The notes under the pieces: model-generated | Seen by the model: the letters and a program-made list of their open reading frames with translations, nothing else | The model's database searches: none | What the model was told of the DNA's origin: nothing | Program-made: the position numbers and the translations under genes | Shown here: in pieces, positions 10,421 to 21,440 of the stretch | Layout: every line of letters starts with the position of its first letter | How positions within the stretch are numbered: position 1 is the stretch's first letter | Origin: Sminthopsis crassicaudata | Lineage: Eukaryota | Assembly: GCF_048593235.1 (NCBI RefSeq) | Contig: NC_133617.1 | Span: 361,246,048-361,280,066 of the forward strand | Direction of reading: 5' to 3' | DNA length: 34,019 nucleotides

Positions 10421-11739
10421 ATGATCTCCCCTCATTTCTTGCAGTGTTTCAGCCACTGGGCTTCTCTACTCAGTATCGCTAAGTAATTAGCTTAAACCAG
10501 GATGACTTTCCCTCTCAGAGGGAGTACTGGCTGAGGAGATTCCAACCCGCCACTGGTGGGTCTTTCATTGTGATTCAAATTATTCAGAACATAATAGAGG
10601 ATCTCCCACTTGGGACCTGAGGACTCCAATACCTATCATTTCTTATCAGATGGTTAGCATCCTTGTGTCATTTTGAATTCAATCAGAATGAATTGGACTC
10701 CTGGTGCCCATGTTGAACCCCCTTGACCCTGGATGTGAGCAGCAAGATGACCAAGGTCACCACAAAAGCTGGGCACTAAAATATGCAAAGCCCGTACCAC
10801 TTGTGGCAGCTGCAGTTAGTATGGATGATTGGTTTGGATGGATAAAAACAGATTTCCCAAACCAACTGTATTCAATGCAACATATTTTTCATATGTTTAA
10901 TGGAACAGAAATTTTTATTTTATCCGACATTTATGGGTATTACTAGTGTTCTGTGGAGGGAGGAGAGACCTGGTGGGGAGAGATAGCAGGTGTAGGAATC
11001 ATATTATTTTTATCATAAGATTAGGGTTCTCTGCGATTTCCTCCCCAAGGCTCCTTTCCCCTCCTCCCTGTATAGAAAAAGGCAAGATTATAGATGGAGG
11101 TTTCTGCAGTACAAAACCCAGGCTGCTTACTTAACCCTTCCTCCTGAGCCATCTAGACACCAGAGAGCCCATTATTTAATGCTAATGTCTTGTTGTTCTA
11201 GTGCCTGGCACTGAGAGATCCAGATTCTTGGCTCTGTAACCCCAGACATCAGCCAAAGCAATAAAGAAGAGACAATTCTTCATTATCATCCCTGGATGAT
11301 TCACAGTGACAATGAAGGGCCATGCTGGAGGTTTGTTTGTCTTTTTTTATTTAGGACATTTGTATGGAACTTTGCAGTTTTTTCACGTAACATCTCATTT
11401 GAGTCTCTTCTTACATCTCTGTTTAATATTCAGCTCATTAAGCTATGATTTTGTTTTATATTTTAAAGTAATATGTTTTGTGATTTGGTATATATAAGGA
11501 AAATCACAATACTTATTAAGTTGTGATTTGATGACAATTAGGTTTTGTTCTCTAATCCTCCTAAAAATTAGTAGTTAATGGATTAGAACTCTCAGATTAT
11601 TTGGAAAAACCAAAGAGCCTCTGAGATAAAAGTATCTTCTTTCTCTTTATTTCCTTGCTTTCTCATCTTCTCTCAGACTTTTACTGTAGTGATTCAATTA
11701 CCTCATATGCAAATTGAATAGTTTGGACTAGGTAAAAGG

Positions 11740-11900
11740 CAGGTTGGAATAATGGAGTTAAAATGGCTTTAGAGTCAGAGGGCCTATTGTCCATTGTACT
11801 TCAGCATCTAAGTCTTAGCACTCTCAATTATAAAATGAGGGGGATTGGAATAGAAGACCTCTAATGTCCATTCCAGTCCTGAATCTAGGATCCTACAACC
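11740..11900 (+). mobile_element. MIR3-type SINE
   Basis: 'taaaatgagggggattggaatagaagacctctaatgtccattccagtcctgaatctaggatcct' is a CR1-derived MIR3 tail. Confidence 0.75.
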
Positions 11901-12029
11901 CATAGAATTCTTTCTAGCCCCAACTTTCTGTCACTTAATATATTTTTTTGAATATTTCATAGTAACTACCACAGTTTTAGGCACATAGAGATATTTGATA
12001 AATACTTATTAAATTAAACCAAACTATTA

Positions 12030-12220
12030 AGTTATAAATAACAATTCTGATAATAATATTTACATATTGCTTTAAGGTTTGAAAAAATATTTTATATGCA
12101 TTACTTCCATCTTCTTCTTCATAAGATCCCTTTGAAATAAGTACCTTGATTATCCTCATTCTATAAATGTGGAAACTAAGTCTAAGAAAATTCAAGGGCC
12201 TTGACCAGAATCTCATAAGG
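12030..12220 (-). mobile_element. MIR-type SINE
   Basis: 'attatcctcattctataaatgtggaaactaag'. Confidence 0.65.
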
Positions 12221-12679
12221 TAAAAAAAAATATTTTCAAGTTACAGATTTCTCTAGTCTCTCAAATATATACTAGAGTTCTCTCATAGAGTAAACCTTAG
12301 GTATGCCAATTATTCCATGCTACTTCATCTCTACTTTTGGTAAAATACTGAAAATCATGCATTATGTCAAAGTTAATGGCATTTTGTTGTATTTGTGTAT
12401 AAAAGGTGCAACTTCATATGATCAAATGAGGAGCAAAAGTTTTGAAAAGTTTTTAGAAGTTTCATAGCTCTATTTGTTAATCTTGCATTAAATATTTCTA
12501 GTTCATCATTCTCCTTAACGTTATGACTAAATATTTTGGATCACTGAAAATGTAATTGTATGATTACAGGATACAAGAGCTTAAGAAATCTCAGGCAAAA
12601 ATATAACCCAAACTCTTCACTTTTCCAGAAAAAAAAATTAAAAACTGAGGTCCAAAATAAGTAATTTATAATTATGGAA

Positions 12680-12850
12680 TTATTGATTTAGAGCTAGAAA
12701 GGACCTAGTCCAAACCCATTATTTTGCAGATGAGAAAACTGGACCAGAGAAGTTAAATTAATTTAATCACGGTCAAAGAGATAGTAAATATAAGAGCTTG
12801 ATTATGAGCCCAGGAACTTGTGACTCTAAATCTGTACTTTCCAGCTATCC
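12680..12850 (-). mobile_element. MIR3-type SINE
   Basis: 'ttagagctagaaaggacctagtccaaacccattattttgcagatgagaaaactg'. Confidence 0.8.
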
Positions 12851-13099
12851 AAGACACATCTAAGGTCCTGACCCTGATCTATTGTTCTTCCCAATACTCT
12901 ACCACTCCTTTCTTTCTTTGTTATATAGAAGACAGATAGAAGTCTTATATTTGTTTTATTTTAAACTGAAATTGAATTTCCCTAGTCTCAAGAATGAGAC
13001 CAAAAAGTTCAAAGAGGAGATCACTTTGGATGATGTTCATTATTCTTTAAAAATTTAACAAATTTACAAATTCTAGGAGATTTTGAAAATTTTATCTTC

Positions 13100-13298
13100 T
13101 TAGTATCTCTTTTCTCTTTGTCTCTATCTCTCTCTGTCTCCCTGTTTCTTATTTCTCTGTTTTTGTCTGCCTCATATGTATCTTTCTCTGTCTCTCTTTT
13201 CTGTTTGTCTCTTTGTCTCTTTCTGTTTCTGTTTCTCTATGCATCTCTCTCTCATCTGTCTCTCTCCTCTATACGTGTTTCTGTCTGTCTCTTATGTC
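13100..13298. repeat. TC-rich low-complexity tract running into an N-run
   Basis: Degenerate (TC/TCTG)n. It explains the S/L-rich ORFs at 13118-13843. Confidence 0.9.
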
Positions 13299-13775
13299 NN
13301 NNNNNNNNNNNNNNNNNNNNNNNNNNNNNNNNNNNNNNNNNNNNNNNNNNNNNNNNNNNNNNNNNNNNNNNNNNNNNNNNNNNNNNNNNNNNNNNNNNNN
13401 NNNNNNNNNNNNNNNNNNNNNNNNNNNNNNNNNNNNNNNNNNNNNNNNNNNNNNNNNNNNNNNNNNNNNNNNNNNNNNNNNNNNNNNNNNNNNNNNNNNN
13501 NNNNNNNNNNNNNNNNNNNNNNNNNNNNNNNNNNNNNNNNNNNNNNNNNNNNNNNNNNNNNNNNNNNNNNNNNNNNNNNNNNNNNNNNNNNNNNNNNNNN
13601 NNNNNNNNNNNNNNNNNNNNNNNNNNNNNNNNNNNNNNNNNATCTCTCATTCTCTCACTTTCTCTCTACATATTCTATTCTTTCTCTTTTAAGCTACAAC
13701 AAGGACTTAGAAGAATGGCATACTGTTCCTGGCTCAAAGAGACCAGTAGCCTAGTATACTGCTTGTTCCTTCCAG

Positions 13776-13839
13776 ACTGGCTCTGCTGTAGGAAACAGAA
13801 TGGCTTGGAGCTTGTGTTCATATCACAGATGCTGAGCAG
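13776..13839 (+). other. Candidate 64-nt exon (unassigned)
   Basis: Acceptor ctgcttgttccttccAG, donor CAG|GTGAGC. One open frame (WLCCRKQNGLELVFISQMLS). No protein recognised. Confidence 0.25.
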
Positions 13840-13901
13840 GTGAGCTTTAAAAAATGGGATTTCATCTGAATAATTGGTCAAACTACATACCACCACCCAG
13901 C

Positions 13902-13903
<2 letters not shown>

Positions 13904-13942
<39 letters not shown>
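13904..13942 (+). repeat. (CA)n microsatellite
   Basis: Direct reading. Confidence 0.97.
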
Positions 13943-13948
<6 letters not shown>

Positions 13949-14479
13949 TCATTTCTCACTCCAACCACAATGAGTAATTGCTTTGATAACAAATTAAAAC
14001 ATGGAAATTATGAGAATTAAGCAATCTCAATGAATGACTAAGTTTTCCCTTTCTGAACATTTTCTTCCATATTAGCCATAACCATGAGCTCTTCATTAAT
14101 AGAAATTAGTTCATTGTTACTATCCACAGGGGGAATCTATTGGATGTGTGACACTAACTTCCCACCTGATCAAGAAGACAACTTGTTCTTAATGCAAGTA
14201 CTTTCTTGGGAACTTAAAAAAATGTTTATGTCTCCTTTGGCTTCCTGCATACAAAGCCTACTGCAATGCTCAACTTTCAAATGTTCACATATTTTCCGTG
14301 TATGGGATGTTTATGGCATCAGATAATTTCTGGATGATTACTGTTTTTAATAACCATTTAATTACTATATTAATCAGAAATGTCCTTTTGGCTCATGGAA
14401 GGCACCAAGGGACAGAGGTAAGAAACAAAGATATTCATGTAGCAACCACTTGGAGGAAAAAAATATAAAATAAAATCTG

Positions 14480-14850
14480 TGCTTTCAGGTTGAAAGATAT
14501 CGAAGAGCAGTTGCTAAGTTTAGTATAAAAATTAGAAAATTTGGGGGAGGAGAGAGGAAAATCTGTCTCTAGCTACTTAGAGTTCTGTCACACTATAGAA
14601 AGATTAGACTTGTTTTCTATTATCTAAGAGGACAGAGCTATAAGACAATGGTAGTAACTTCAGAGGGGCAGATGACATCACAACATAAGGCTTTTTTTTA
14701 AATAATCACAGTTATTCAGAATAAGATTGTTATCTCAGAAGGTAACAAGCTGTTCATTAGTCATGGTTCCAAATCAAATGAACACTTAATAGTTTACTGT
14801 AGTGGGAATTTCAGTTTAGGAATAGTTTGGACAAGAGAATCACAGGAAAT
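14480..14850 (+). mobile_element. L3/CR1 3' end, degenerate
   Basis: 'gattagacttgttttct...gaggacagagctataagacaatgg...cagaggggcagat' resembles the L3 3'UTR. Confidence 0.6.
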
Positions 14851-15169
14851 AAGGTAAAATGGACCTTAGAGATCATCTAATCAAACTTGTTCATGTTATA
14901 GACTTTCTATAATTTCTAAGCTAGAGTCCCTATTCACCGTGCTAAAAAGGGACATATAAGAATGTATCATTATTCCTCGAAGTTGTGCTTTTTCTAAGGC
15001 TCCTGTAATGATACATATTGAAAAACAGCAAATCATCTTGGATGTCAGCCATGGACAAGAGGATGTGATGATTCTTTCAGAGTAAATTATTCAGAGTGGG
15101 GACCATGAATTGGGAATTTCTAAGTTAGAAATCATAGAAATAATAGGATCTCAGGTTGAAAAAAACCAG

Positions 15170-15345
15170 TATCTCCTTCAAGAGATACCAGATTTAGGTT
15201 CAGAGGACTTGGATTCAAATCCTGGATGTACTATTTATTATCCTTGTGACTTTGGGCATGTAATTTGCCCTCTCAGTTTCAATTTTCTAGTCTCTAAAAT
15301 GAACAAGTATGATTAGATGATCTTTATGTTCCTCTCCACCTTAAA
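15170..15345 (+). mobile_element. MIR3-type SINE
   Basis: 'gaggacttggattcaaatcctgg...gtgactttggg...ctcagtttc...taaaatgaac...tagatgatct'. Confidence 0.8.
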
Positions 15346-15869
15346 TGATTGGTATTTGTTGGGATTCCTTATTTTTTCTATCAAATTAAATCTCTTTTTT
15401 AAAAAGGAATACAGAAGTGCACAATGACCCTGACAGCTTATAATGTCAATTATATCATATTCATGTACGCATATATGTTCCATAATATCGAACCTCCAAT
15501 TTCATAAATTGCATCATTACCATACATGGTACCATGTCAATTTGGAAGGAAGCCTCCAGTGGAATGCCAATGGCATCTGTTCTTGGCATGTTATCTGACA
15601 TTGTTGTCAATTATATGGGTAAAGGAATATAGAATAGTTACNNNNNNNNNNNNNNNNNNNNNNNNNNNNNNNNNNNNNNNNNNNNNNNNNNNNNNNNNNN
15701 NNNNNNNNNNNNNNNNNNNNNNNNNNNNNNNNNNNNNNNNNNNNNNNNNNNNNNNNNNNNNNNNNNNNNNNNNNNNNNNNNNNNNNNNNNCAGATAGTGT
15801 GCGCAATCTTAGGTCACATTAAAAAACACATAGTATTATGTACCAGAGAAGTGATTGTCATAAGACAAT

Positions 15870-16030
15870 AAGACATTAGGCATAGAATAAGAAAGTATCT
15901 CAAATGCCATCTAGTCTAAGCTCATTTTATAGATGGGCGAAGTAAGATCCAAACGAGCAAGATATAAATGTTATGGATATAGCAAATTGAGGAATTTAAT
16001 TGTGAACTTAATTCCTTTGATTCCAAATCA
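15870..16030 (-). mobile_element. MIR3-type SINE
   Basis: 'ccatctagtctaagctcattttatagatg'. Confidence 0.6.
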
Positions 16031-16089
16031 GATATTATTTTCATTGTTGCATATTTCTTACCATTGGGATTTATCTTTCCTTTGTCAGA

Positions 16090-16510
16090 TTTTACTGGGA
16101 ATAGGGTTTTCAATTCTGGTCCCCACATTTTAAGAAAAACATTGAAAAGCTAACAAGAATCAAGGTTTAGTGAACATCCAAGATAGTGAAAGGTCTCAGG
16201 TTCATGTCAAATGAAATCCACCTGAAAAGATTGAAAAGTTTATCCTGGAAGAGAAAGAAAGATGGTGATGGTGGGGGGAACCTTAGGGAGAATATGATTA
16301 TTATCTTCAAGTAATTTTAGCATTATCAGGTGGAAGAAAGATTATATTTGGGCCTAGAGGGCAAAACTAAGGGCACCAGGTAGAAATTATAGAGACAGAT
16401 TTGAGTTTAATTTGAAGAGAAACTTGCTGACCATTAGAGTTATATGCAAGTGGAATGGGCTGTCTCTGGTGATAGTGGGTTCCTCATCACTAGAGGACTG
16501 TTGAACTAAA
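16090..16510 (+). mobile_element. L3/CR1 3' end
   Basis: 'caattctggtccccacattttaagaaaaacattgaaaagct' (QFWSPHFKKNIEKL) and 'gtggaatgggctgtctct...gggttcctcatcactagagg'. Confidence 0.88.
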
Positions 16511-16589
16511 TAACCATTAAAGTCCTTTGTAAATCTGAGATTGAGATTCTCTAAATCTAAGTTTCTGTACTATCTGTGCATGAAAAGAA

Positions 16590-16740
16590 AAGGAGGTACA
16601 CTCACACATTCTCTCTTTCTCTCCTCTCACTTTCTTTTTCTCTCTCTCTGTCCCTCCCTCTCCTCTCTTCTTTCCATTTCCCCCTCCCTCTTTTTCTTTT
16701 TCTCTTTCATTCAATTTTTTCCTCCTTCATCTAGAGGAAG
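16590..16740. repeat. Polypyrimidine (CT-rich) low-complexity tract
   Basis: Direct reading. Source of the E/K/R-rich and F/S/L-rich spurious ORFs. Confidence 0.85.
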
Positions 16741-16872
16741 AGAGAAGGTAGGATGAGGAATAATCACTGTGGACTCCTCCTGCCCCCCCCCAAATGGATA
16801 TTTCCTTAGGACAAGTACAATTATATTTTCTGTGTCTGTGACTAGACAGTGCTAACATGACTTCCCTTTCAG

Positions 16873-16927
16873 AATGATTTTGATGGACAGTCTCTCTTTT
16901 AATGTACAAATAATCTTTATGACCCTG
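16873..16927 (+). other. Candidate 55-nt exon (unassigned)
   Basis: Branch-like gctaAc (16851-16856), cttccctttcAG acceptor, TG|GTAAGT donor. One open frame (MILMDSLSFNVQIIFMTL). Confidence 0.3.
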
Positions 16928-17205
16928 GTAAGTAGGTCTTATGATACTCAGCTGAGCAATGTACCAGAACTGAAATTTCCATCTACTTGATGTTTTGCAC
17001 AGGGCCTTTGATGAAGTCACTGTCACCTGCTATTAACTTAATATCAAGTCTTAATAGGGTCCTTTTCTTTCCATCTCCACACTGTTGGGGTCCAAATTAA
17101 TTACTAAGTAAAAATTTTACCACATAAATCCTCACTTGGCTGGGAGGGGGGAAAGTTTCCAACCTCATCTAAGAGCTTAGAGCTGAAAGTGAAAGAAGTA
17201 TTGAG

Positions 17206-17630
17206 GAGCATTCTCCAATTGATAGGTATGTACTTTCAAGATTTTTTTCTCTACCACAAAAGTGCTGCTGCTATGTGAATATTTTCCTATGTATTTCTTT
17301 CTGTGTCTAAGTTTCTTTTGGTATATACTCAGAAGTGAGACTTCAAGACTGAAAGGTATAAACAATTCTAACTTCACTAAGAATTCCAAATTATTTTTCA
17401 GAAATGGTTGGACCATCAATTCTGTATTAATATACCCATTTTCCCCCAGCCCTTCTACTTTTGTCCTTTTGCCATCTTTGCCAATTTGTTGGGTCTGAGT
17501 GAAACTTCAAAGTTGTTTTGTGTTTTGGTGATTTTAAATGTGTTTTTCATTATATGTAATGCTCATTTGTTAATGAATAATGTTAAATGCTCATTTGAAA
17601 ATTAATTTTTAATATCTTTTATCCACATTG
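17206..17630 (-). mobile_element. Inverted 5' segment of a twin-primed L1 (ORF2 C-terminal region)
   Basis: 'cattctccaattgat', 'ttccaaattatttttcagaaatggttggacca' and 'ccatctttgccaatttg' match the antisense L1 at 3400-3840 of this same window. Confidence 0.85.
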
Positions 17631-18110
17631 TGAAGAGCTGAAGAAATCATAGCATATGAAAGTAATTGAATAGAATTATATTGTAATATACGATGAATAT
17701 GAAAAATACAGAGAAACATGGAAATATATATATATATACACATATATATAAACTGATACAGAATTAATTAAACTAAAACAGAAAAATAAAATATGTGATG
17801 ACTATAAAAATATAAGTCAAAAGACCACAAAAGCAAACTCTAGTACTATTTAATTATAATAATTAACCCTACCTTCTGAAAAGAGATGGGAAAAAATATA
17901 CCTTTTAACAAAGGATTTCTTGTTGAGAAATGCTGTATATGTTGCCAAACTTAGTTGAGCTATGTTATTTGATTTTCTTAAACTTTTATTTATTATAAGA
18001 AAGGACTCACTGAGAGAGGTTGCTTAAGAGGGATGACTATATAAATGTATTCAATGCAAATATGTGTTCATGTTTATGATGTTAAAATAAATACCATAAA
18101 AATCTATTTT
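17627..18110 (+). mobile_element. Sense 3' segment of the same L1 (ORF2 end and 3'UTR)
   Basis: 'gaagagctgaagaaatcatagcatatgaaagtaattgaatag' resembles EWLNKLWYMNVMEY; 'gatgaatatgaaaaatacagagaaacatgg'. Confidence 0.75.
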
Positions 18111-18219
18111 AAGTGAAGGAATATTCAGAAAGAAATTTCTGAAGCAGTATAAAGATTTTGAGTTTATCAAAAGGACCTTAAGTAAGATTCTTCTTTCCTA
18201 AATTTAGTCTCTTAACTTC

Positions 18220-18430
18220 TTCATTATTTGAGTACTGGCCCTCACAAGAAACTTGCTTTCAGTCTACGATTTTAGAGGTTTTAGACTTCCTGTGTAACCT
18301 TAGAGAAATCATTTTTCTTTTGTGATTTTCAGTTTGTTTATCTATAAAATGAAATTGTTGAGTTAAATTATTTCTAAACCTTCTTCTAACTCCAAAAACC
18401 AACTCCAAATCTTGGTACTATGATCCGAAG
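18220..18430 (+). mobile_element. MIR3-type SINE
   Basis: 'ttcagtttgtttatctataaaatgaaattgttgagttaaattatttctaaaccttcttctaactc'. Confidence 0.6.
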
Positions 18431-18649
18431 GCCTCTCCCAGAAAAACAACTAAACATGTCATCAGTGCTTTTGGGATTAAAACTTATTTATCTCTTAAAT
18501 AATGATCTCCTTGGGACAGACAACATGTTGTATTGTGAGTTCAGATATGTGCATATTGGATGATTCATGTAGATTTATTTAGAGGAATGATAGAAAACAG
18601 TTTTCAATGGGACTGCTTTGTCAGAAGTCTTTCTCTGTCATTCTTCTAT

Positions 18650-19160
18650 TTGATCAATTCTAGTGCCTGTTACCTCAAGGATTAAATATAAAGTTCTCTA
18701 TTTAGGATTTATATGGCTTTTTTTTATAATCTGACACTTTGCTACCTTCCTTCTTACCTTGACATTTTCTCCTTTTCTCTTTCCTATAAACTCTACAATG
18801 TAGTTATCCTAATCAATTTATTGTTCCTCCTACCTATAACATTCCACCTGTTATCTCTGCATGGGCTGGCTCCTTCCCTAATACTGTCTTTTAGCTTCTC
18901 TAATACTACCTGTCAGAGGAGACATCAACTGATTTCCCAGGTCCTAATACTTACCTTTCTGAGATTACCTTCCTTCTAGTCTGTACATACCTTGTATGTC
19001 TCGTTATTTAATGAGACAATAATGTCTCATTATTTACTAGTTTTCTCCTTCATTATAAAGTGAGTTTTTTGAGGGCAAGGAATAGTTTGGTTTTGTTTTT
19101 TGCTTTTTTGTACCCTTAGAACTCATCACAGTGCCTGGCATTTAATAAGTACTTAATAAT
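18650..19160 (+). mobile_element. L2 3' end
   Basis: 'caaggattaaatataaagttctc' and 'tttgagggcaagg...cacagtgcctggcatttaataagtacttaataa'. Confidence 0.85.
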
Positions 19161-19229
19161 TTTTTATTAATTTATTGAAACCAGGATTAATTCAAGTAAT
19201 GGTAAAATACTATTCTCAAGGAACATAGA

Positions 19230-19420
19230 TTAATGGACAGAGGGCAGAATTTGAAGTTAGAAAATATGAATTTCAACCCCAGCCTTGCTACTTACTACTT
19301 ATGTGAACCTGAAAAATCACTTGCCAGATCTGTGTCTCAGTTTGCTCATATGTAAAACAAGGAAATACAAAATAGACGAAATCTACAATCCTTCCAACTC
19401 TAAATCTTATAACCCTTAAA
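19230..19420 (+). mobile_element. MIR3-type SINE
   Basis: 'tttcaaccccagccttgctac...gtgaacctg...ctcagtttgctcatatgtaaaa...ccttccaactctaaatc'. Confidence 0.75.
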
Positions 19421-19589
19421 TCTTCATAGGATCATTCTAATGCCAACTAAAGGGAAAATAAACCAATATCCCCAATACCATTGAACTGTGACCAGATTCT
19501 ATAGGACAAATAGAATTAATACATATTTTATAGTAAGAATTAATATCTAATATTACCCTTGAATATTCTATAGAAATGAGCTCACATTT

Positions 19590-19830
19590 GGCCTTAGGTA
19601 TTTATTAGCTGTATGACCCTAGGCAAGTTACTTAGGCAGCTAACTCTTATAGAGAATAAAATGCTTGTCCTGGAGTCATGAAAACCTGAGTTTGAAGAAG
19701 CAGGGACAATAATAGCAGTAGAAGTCACAATAGTATAAATTACCACTCTTTGCCTCAGTTTCTTCATCTGCAAAATGAGAGGTTTGGATTGATAGATATT
19801 TAAATCCTCACAGTTTTCAATCTATGATGC
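19590..19830 (+). mobile_element. Core-SINE fragments (WSINE/MIR3-like)
   Basis: 'ttagctgtatgaccctaggcaagttactta' and 'gcctcagtttcttcatctgcaaaatgagagg'. Confidence 0.65.
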
Positions 19831-20339
19831 TATGATGTCAAAGTCACCAGTTTTTCCTCTTTTATCACACTAAATTCTAAGTCCATCTGGCTGGCCTGGA
19901 TTTTGTTCCATAAGCCATCTTAATATAATTACTACTTTTGACATATAACAATTGAGGATTTCTTATATACAACATACAACTATGGAATTTATAATCTCTG
20001 TTTTCAAGAAACTTACAGCCTAATAGAAGAGTTGATCCATTCACAAATAACTATATGACATTATTATATAATTGCTATGAAAATGTCATCCCCAAAGAAC
20101 ATAGGAAATCAAAGGATAAGTTACCATCCCCAAGAACTTCTCCCAAATTCTTTAACATGATACCAATAGCACATCATCGCTATTCTTCATCAACATGGAT
20201 TCATTGCTTTATCCTCTCATGATTTTAACATACTATGAAAACCAATACAATTCAATTCAATTTACCAAAAAATACCCACTATTTATCACACCTTCACATA
20301 AGTAATAAGGAATATGACAAAAGAGGCCACAGTGACTCT

Positions 20340-20580
20340 TAACATAACAACAAGCATTTATATGGTGTTTTTCAAAAATGCTTTACAAATATTACCTCAT
20401 TTTATACTCAACAACAATCCCAGGAGATAGGTATAATCACTATCTCCATTTTACACATGAGAAAACAGAGGCAAATAGTAGTTAAATAATTTACCCAGAT
20501 CACAGAGTTAGAAAATGTCTGAAACTAAATTTGAACTCAGATTTTCCTGAAACTATCCACTTTACCATCCATCTGCCTAT
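20340..20580 (-). mobile_element. MIR-type SINE
   Basis: 'tatctccattttacacatgagaaaacagaggca...aaatttgaactcagattttcctga'. Confidence 0.8.
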
Positions 20581-21382
20581 AAACTAACATGAAACAATTA
20601 AAGAAAAATAGAATGTGGAGTAATGGAAAGAAAGTAATCCAGATGGGAAACAACAGCATGTCCCTTAGCTTTTGTATGTGTGTGTCCTTATATATAAAAT
20701 GAATGCGTTGGACAAGGGGATCCTAAAGACCATTCAAGCTCTCAAACTCTATAATACATTATAATAGTACAGTATATATAAGTGGAGAGGAGGTTAGAGT
20801 CTTACTTTCTACCATAAATGCAATGTGTAGCTCCAGGGAAATCATCTATACTTACTTTGCTACATTTTCTCAATCCAGAAAACTGAGCTAATAATATTTG
20901 CCAACCACCTCTTAGCCTTTGGTAAGTAGGTAGAACAAGTCAATGTTCATAAAGAGGTCATAGTGATATAAGCGACCTTTTTGAATGCAAAGAGTCCCAG
21001 CCCAATTCCAAGTTATGACTGTGATCATTTTGACAAAGACAGGATCCTGAAAGGCAATTCATTGGTGCTTGGAAAGGAAAATTTGACTACTGGGCTTATT
21101 ATTTTTCTCTAGCAGAGAGTGACCACAAAATTCTAGACAGATATTGGTGAAATACTCTAGATTGTGACTTTTGATTCCTTAATGTTCATAGCATATTGAG
21201 AGAAGTAAGTGATAATAAAACAGAGCCAGATTCCTCCCAGCATCAGCAGAATCATCATTTTAATCATTGGAACAGAAAAACTAACATGAACGATGCAGTT
21301 CAACAACAAGCAACAGAGGATAATCACTGTATTGCAACACTGTGTTAATGTGTTATAAGAATATGCATACTCATAGTCATAG

Positions 21383-21387
<5 letters not shown>

Positions 21388-21413
<26 letters not shown>

Positions 21414-21440
21414 GTAGATATATCTACATATATATATAAA
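21388..21440. repeat. (TA)n microsatellite with interrupted extension
   Basis: Direct reading. Confidence 0.9.

Noticed and set aside
10810-10821. Perfect TACTAAC branch point followed by TGCAG on the minus strand
   Set aside because: The branch site is only about 5 nt from the AG with no pyrimidine tract between, which is too close for a normal 3' splice site.
10829-10865. ttggtttgg/ccaaaccaa stem as a pre-miRNA
   Set aside because: Only 9 bp of firm pairing and poor extension; no known miRNA recognised.
13694-13754. YNKDLEEWHTVPGSKR resembling a kelch or FN3 motif
   Set aside because: A stop follows after 4 more codons, there is no suitable donor, and the resemblance covers only a few residues.
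13118-13843. Long ORFs over N-runs (also 7970-8464, 15526-15822, 23800-24377, 26700-27273, 28574-28957, 33172-33426)
   Set aside because: Their length comes from X codons and low-complexity flanks.
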